Of a stretch of DNA of 51,582 bases, positions 46,560-51,582 are shown one piece after another. The stretch spans positions 283,437-335,018 of the forward strand of contig ML992514.1 of NCBI GenBank assembly GCA_010093995.1, read 5' to 3'. The position numbers and the translations under genes are program-made. Source of the stretch: Elsinoe ampelina (lineage: Eukaryota). Position 1 is the first letter of the stretch, and each line of letters starts with the position of its first letter. The notes under the pieces were generated by a model, which was given only the letters and a program-made list of their open reading frames with translations, did no database searches and was not told the DNA's origin.

Positions 46560-49500
46560 CTATTCTTCGTCATCTTCTGTGCCTGACATACCTCCCATCT
46601 CTACGTCCTCCTTCGCCGCTGCCGCCTTGAGCTGATCCAAAGGGGTATCCGTACGTCTATCCAATGCCTCGATCGCGTCCAACGCTGCCCTCAACTCCGC
46701 CTCCTTGTAAGTGACACAAGGACCTGCAGTGCCGACCTCGATGCCACCGATCTTGACCGTGCAGTTCCATCCCTCCTTGTCCATAGCAGTCTTGACGTAC
46801 TCGACACTCTTCTCGACTGCAGCGATTCCCAACCTCTCCTTCGGATTCAAGACAATCGTTTTTCGCTCCAGCATGAGTCTCAAGTAGTGGAGCACACCAA
46901 GTTTCTCCAGGAAGTCCTCACAGGCAGCCACATTACCGCGAGTGTCGATGTAGATGGCACCCAAGATCGACTCCACAATATCAGAGAAGAATTTGGGCGG
47001 ATCCATTGCTGCAAGATCTGCCCAAGGGTATTCGACTCCCTGCTCGAGGGCCCATTCCACGCTATAACGATGAGTCTCGAAGGAGTCGAGTGCCTTTTGT
47101 CTTGCTGTAAGAAGTTCTCCTCCAGCGCGGATGAAGTCATGTAGGTGCACATCCCGGTGTGTGGCTGCGACGTCAAATCGTTCTCCCGACCGCACTACAC
47201 CTGCGTGTTCTTGCTCTACGTGGTAGCTCATGCAGCAGTATCCAAGAAACATGCCGTTGACGACAGCTTCATGATAGCTGTGCATCTCGTTGTGTCTTAG
47301 CGGAAGACTGTGCGCATACAGCTTCGGAACAATGACGAGGTCCAGTACTGCATCGCCCAGGAATTCAAGACGCTCGTAGGACATGCCGGTCTCGGTAGAG
47401 GCGGCATGGAAGGGTATCGAGGCATGTGTGATGGCCTCGACGAGGAGTGCAGGGCTCTTAAAAGTGTGTCCCACCAGGGTCTGCAATGTCTCGAGTGCCG
47501 CAGGAGTGGCGATGCGCGGCGGGGTGAGACGATTGAACAGCTCCGCAGAAGGGAACCAAGTCTCCGAATGGAGCAGAGATCTGAGGCAGGTATAACCCTT
47601 GTCAAGACCGCCGTCGACAAACGCAGCACCAATCAGCGCCTCCACAACATCAGCGAGAACTTTGGTGGACATCTCCCTGGTTGACTCTACATTTGCGGCT
47701 GTCGTGCTCGACGAATACGGTGGTCGCCACTTCGCACCGGTAAATGGCTTGCTCAGGATGTACTTCTCCAGTCCATGATGGAGCGCTGCTTTGGTAAGAG
47801 TGCTGTTGCAAACAAGATGAGTCTTCTTGCGGGTCAGGTATCCTTCCGGCCAAGTTGGGAACTGGGCCATGACCTGCAAGTGTGCACAGAGCTTGAGGAT
47901 AGCATCTCCGAGGTACTCCAGGCGGTTGTAATCATAGCCTTCACCGGCGGAGGGTGCGCTTATGGCCTCTCTGACGAGCGATGTGCTGGTAGTATCTGGT
48001 AGAAGAACACTACCAAGGTCTTGAGCGAGTAACGTCATATGCAGCCTGTGCATGAGTGACGGCACAAATGCAGCCAGAAGAGCAAAGTCCTGTGGCAGTG
48101 CATCCATGGTGCACTCATCAAGCGAGAATTGCCGTTCTGTGCTGTAAGCCAGATTCGTGTCTCGCGGCGGAACAGGGTGGAGGAAGTCCCGACGCTTTGG
48201 GAAAGGTACTACCACTGCCATTTGATGCCCTTCGATCTCTTCAATCCTTCGCAGAAGAAACGCTTTATTGTGGTAGTGCTCGACGTGGATCAATCCCCAG
48301 TCCTGACCGGAGGCCAGACCGTCTCTGCACCCTATGGACCCTCCTACCAGATCTGTGGCGATGTCGATGTAAATCGGGAAATCCAGACCTGCTCTCTCGG
48401 AAATTCGGCTGTTATACATGCTCATCATAAGCACGTGTGTGTTCCGCCTGGCGCGCTCAAGGCGAGATCCTACCAGCTTTACAGCATCAGTAGCTGTAAC
48501 CTTCACCGGCAATGCGACTTGCTCGTTCCAGTACAATATGAAGGGCTCGTCCTGTTCTACCGGAGCGGGCACTAGCATCGACATTGTCATGGGTCGACCG
48601 TCTGGTAGGGCCATCGCCAACGTCGACGAGTACCACGGGACCTGCTGAGCCGCGTCAGCTCGAGGGGAGGAAATCCGCGAGCTCTTCTGATTGGCGACTG
48701 TGACAATGCTGGTCTGGCGAAGCTCTTCCGAAATCTCGTCCGGAGTGTCCCTCAAGAGTGGGAGCAAATTGTCGTTGACAAGCCCAGCTTTGTGCAGGGC
48801 GATGTAAGCCTCGAATGCAACATCCTTGATTGCCGCTCCCTCGCTCCTCCATGACCAGACTGTCCGGGCAGACCGCACGTCTGGATGTACGAATGACGGC
48901 AGTACCACCGATGCGGACCAATTCTCAGGTCCAGCCTGCTCCGTGAAGAATGCTGGCCTTTTGTCGATGTAGCTGGATGTCAGAGTGCTAACCGCACAAA
49001 AGTGGTAGAGATGGGCCTTTGCATTATCCATTGTCAGCAGTGCTTGCGTCCCAGGTACGCGATAAGTCTTGCTTGCCAAAGCGTCTGCGTCATCGGCTTC
49101 GGCTTCGGCTCGCTCTCGATCAGCATCCATGTACTGTCGTCTCATCCTATCTTCATCCATCTGCCACTGCAGCGGTTTGTTCTTGATATCGTTGCTGGCG
49201 ATGAAGACGTAGTATCGTGAATCCTTCTGTCGTGCTCGTCCGCGCCTCTGGATGAATCCTACCAGGGTATCGGGCAGGTCGAAGTTGATGACCAGGTTAC
49301 ACGCCGACACATCGATACCCTCTTGAAGCACACTAGTGGCGATGATCAGGTTCTTTGTCCCATCGCGAAAATCTGCAAGATTGCGTCTCTGCTGTTTGGG
49401 GTCGGTGAGGTCGGGTACAGGAGCTTTTCGCTTCTCGGAAGTCGAGGTCCCAACAAAAGCACCAACGCTGTAGTGTCGAGAGAGCACGTCGGCCTCCTTG

Positions 49501-51019
49501 AGCATGCGAGAGAGCTCGGTGGCGATCACACGCTCTCTGACGAATATGATACCGCGAAGGCTCGGGCTCGCTTCTTTGTTGAGGAGATCGACGAGCTCTT
49601 CTACCCTCCTGGCAGGACTTGCCAGACCTGCATCCGTCCTTGGCTGGCTGATGTTCGAGATGACGGAGTCGAGTAGGTTTGCAACATGCTGCGCTTCTCT
49701 CGACAGGAGATCTGTTGCAAGGACGTTTCGAGTATTCTTCGCTTGAAATGCGGCAAGCTGGAGGCGGAAGTAATTCTCGGCAGCAGGATACCCAAGCTTT
49801 TCGGCGAGAGTCTCAAGTTGCCGGTTGAGCGTTTTTATTTGGTCGCTGCAGGCTGTTTTACGCTTCTCCAGCACTTTCTGAAGGCGATGGTCTTGTCCTG
49901 CAGTTGCATGGCTGCTGATCTCTACAACATACGGGTCGCTGTTGAAGTCATAATTTATTACCAGACTTTGCAGTCTTTGGCAGATGACACTTGGACCAGG
50001 GTAGTCAACGGCATCAACCTGGTAATTGACGACTGTGACTTCTGGTGGATAGACGTGCTTGTTCAGCTCTTCGAGCCACTGCTGTGGCGTTGTAGCTTGA
50101 GCATCGAGATTTGACTCCAATTGCCTGTTCCGGTCAGCTATGTCGTGAATCGGTTGCGGGAACTGGGAGCGGACAGCGCGAGGCAATATACGACAATCCG
50201 TGGGAAGGACTGGTGCAAGAAATACTTACTCTAGGCTTCCTTCTCTCGCATTCATGGTAGGACTGGCTGTCAATCCAAGTATCTTCGGCACGACAGATCC
50301 TGCGGCTTTTTCGACATGGTAGAAATTGGTCATGATGATATTCATCCCATGCTTCTTGATTGCATGGTGCGCTGGCAGATGTCAGTCGCGACCTGCAACG
50401 AGTCTCGATGGACTTGCCTTCGTCGAAAATCAGTAATCGGATCTGATTGATGCGGACAAATCCGTGAGTCAGAGCATCTTTGAGTACATCCGGTGTCCCG
50501 ACGACAATATGGACGCCCTTCAGAGTGGCACTCCACAGGCGCTGCTCTGACCACTTGTCTGTGTTGTCCGACCCAAGTAGCGGTATGATACGATATGCTG
50601 GCAGTTGTTGCTGTAGAATCTCGTAGTGCTGTAGGCAGAGCTCGACGCTATTTGCCAAGAACCATATCAGCTAGCAGTGGTCAGTATTTTTCAAGGACAG
50701 CTGCGAGCCCCAGATCCCGTGAGCAAGCCATTGAAGGAATACCGACTCACTCTATCATCGCCGGCAGCTGATTGCTCAAGCTCATGTCGGATGCGTGCGA
50801 CAGCGACAAGGGTCTTACCGCTGCCCGTCGGCATCTGCTTAGCATGAGTAATTGTACAAGAAATACCAGCAGGGGCTTCGTGCTCACCACCACGATCGCG
50901 TTGCCGGACAGGGCGGCTTGAAGCATCTCGCGCTGGTAGGATCGGAGAACTATTTCAACACCTTCATCAGCCACCGTGTCCGGCGGTGGAGCCGAGAGAG
51001 TCCCGCCTGCAGACTCCAT
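46560..51019 (-). CDS. DCL2: Dicer-like protein 2; exons 51019-50888, 50834-50751, 50670-50418, 50371-50230, 50124-46560
   Basis: LRSYQ, MPTGSGKT, spliced FDEAHH, LGLTASP and QRRGRAR (helicase). Dimerisation region AKAHLYHFCA. RNase IIIa NRLEYLGDA, RNase IIIb ERLEFLGDA and a C-terminal dsRBD-like segment. Confidence 0.93.
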
Positions 51020-51404
51020 ATCGAGCCCTTGAAACGTCTGGTAAGAAGCTTGGTGAGTTGATCGCACGGGATCTAATCTTCTTGTGCGTGGTCATGAAGC
51101 AAGGGTGCCGCGAGCATCAGGTACCTATTCGACAATCACAAGCGTGAAGGTTCGAGCCAATACTTGCCATAGTTCTGCAAACATCTCACAGAGTCATCGG
51201 CTCACGATGTCTACTCTTGATTCTTTCACATTCATAGCTTAACGGGCGTGAGTGGTAGCATGAAGAAAGCAGAGAACTCCAAGAGTTCAAGACGTGTGAG
51301 TTGGGCAGGGCATTCAAGCTAGTCCGTATTCGGTTACTGATCACGTGATGCCAAGATTTTGTCAACCGAGGTATAAGCTGGAGCGCCAAGAAGGACCCTG
51401 ATTC

Positions 51405-51582
51405 AGTTTATCCCCTGGTTAAACTAAACACTATCTTACCATTTTACTAATCTATAATTAAATTAGATAATTATTATCTTAATCTACTACTATTAAGGAG
51501 TTCTTTTAATTTAGCTATCTTTTAGTATACTAGGTTAAGTATTTATGTAGTTATAATCTACCTTATTTTAGTAGTTTAGGTA
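51405..51582. mobile_element. Edge of an AT-rich, RIP-like degraded repeat or transposon relic, truncated by the window end
   Basis: Abrupt fall in GC with abundant TpA and very few CpA/TpG (ctatcttaccattttactaatctataattaaattagataattatta...). Element family not identifiable. Confidence 0.65.

Overview
Gene-dense, intron-containing DNA from a filamentous ascomycete (gene style suggests a Dothideomycete; this is inference). I reconstructed 19 protein-coding loci by splicing exons by eye. In order: BIO3-BIO1 biotin fusion, FSH1/LovG-type esterase, FAD monooxygenase, KEL3, proline iminopeptidase, LCB1, GH11 xylanase, Whi5/Stb1-like repressor, alpha/beta hydrolase, jacalin-zinc metallopeptidase, Spt10/Mpr1-type GNAT, secreted CBM18/PAN mucin-like protein, GH72 Gas/Gel glucanosyltransferase, FKS1, GGA adaptor, TSR3, a degenerate kinase-like ORF, a secreted AstE/AspA-family M14 hydrolase and DCL2. 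The window ends in an AT-rich, RIP-like tract. Most notable: (1) GGA appears to start at GTG, with no usable ATG; (2) a pseudokinase-like ORF has two tandem LC8/DYNLL TQT motifs (one is exactly VSRGTQTE) and a single in-frame TAG near its 5' end; (3) FKS1 has Tyr at the first echinocandin hot-spot-1 position (F639Y-equivalent); (4) repeated C-rich-to-G-rich skew switches occur regardless of gene orientation; (5) there is a 34-nt intron and a GC-AG intron inside Dicer's DEAH motif. No database searches were run; family calls rest on recognised motifs.
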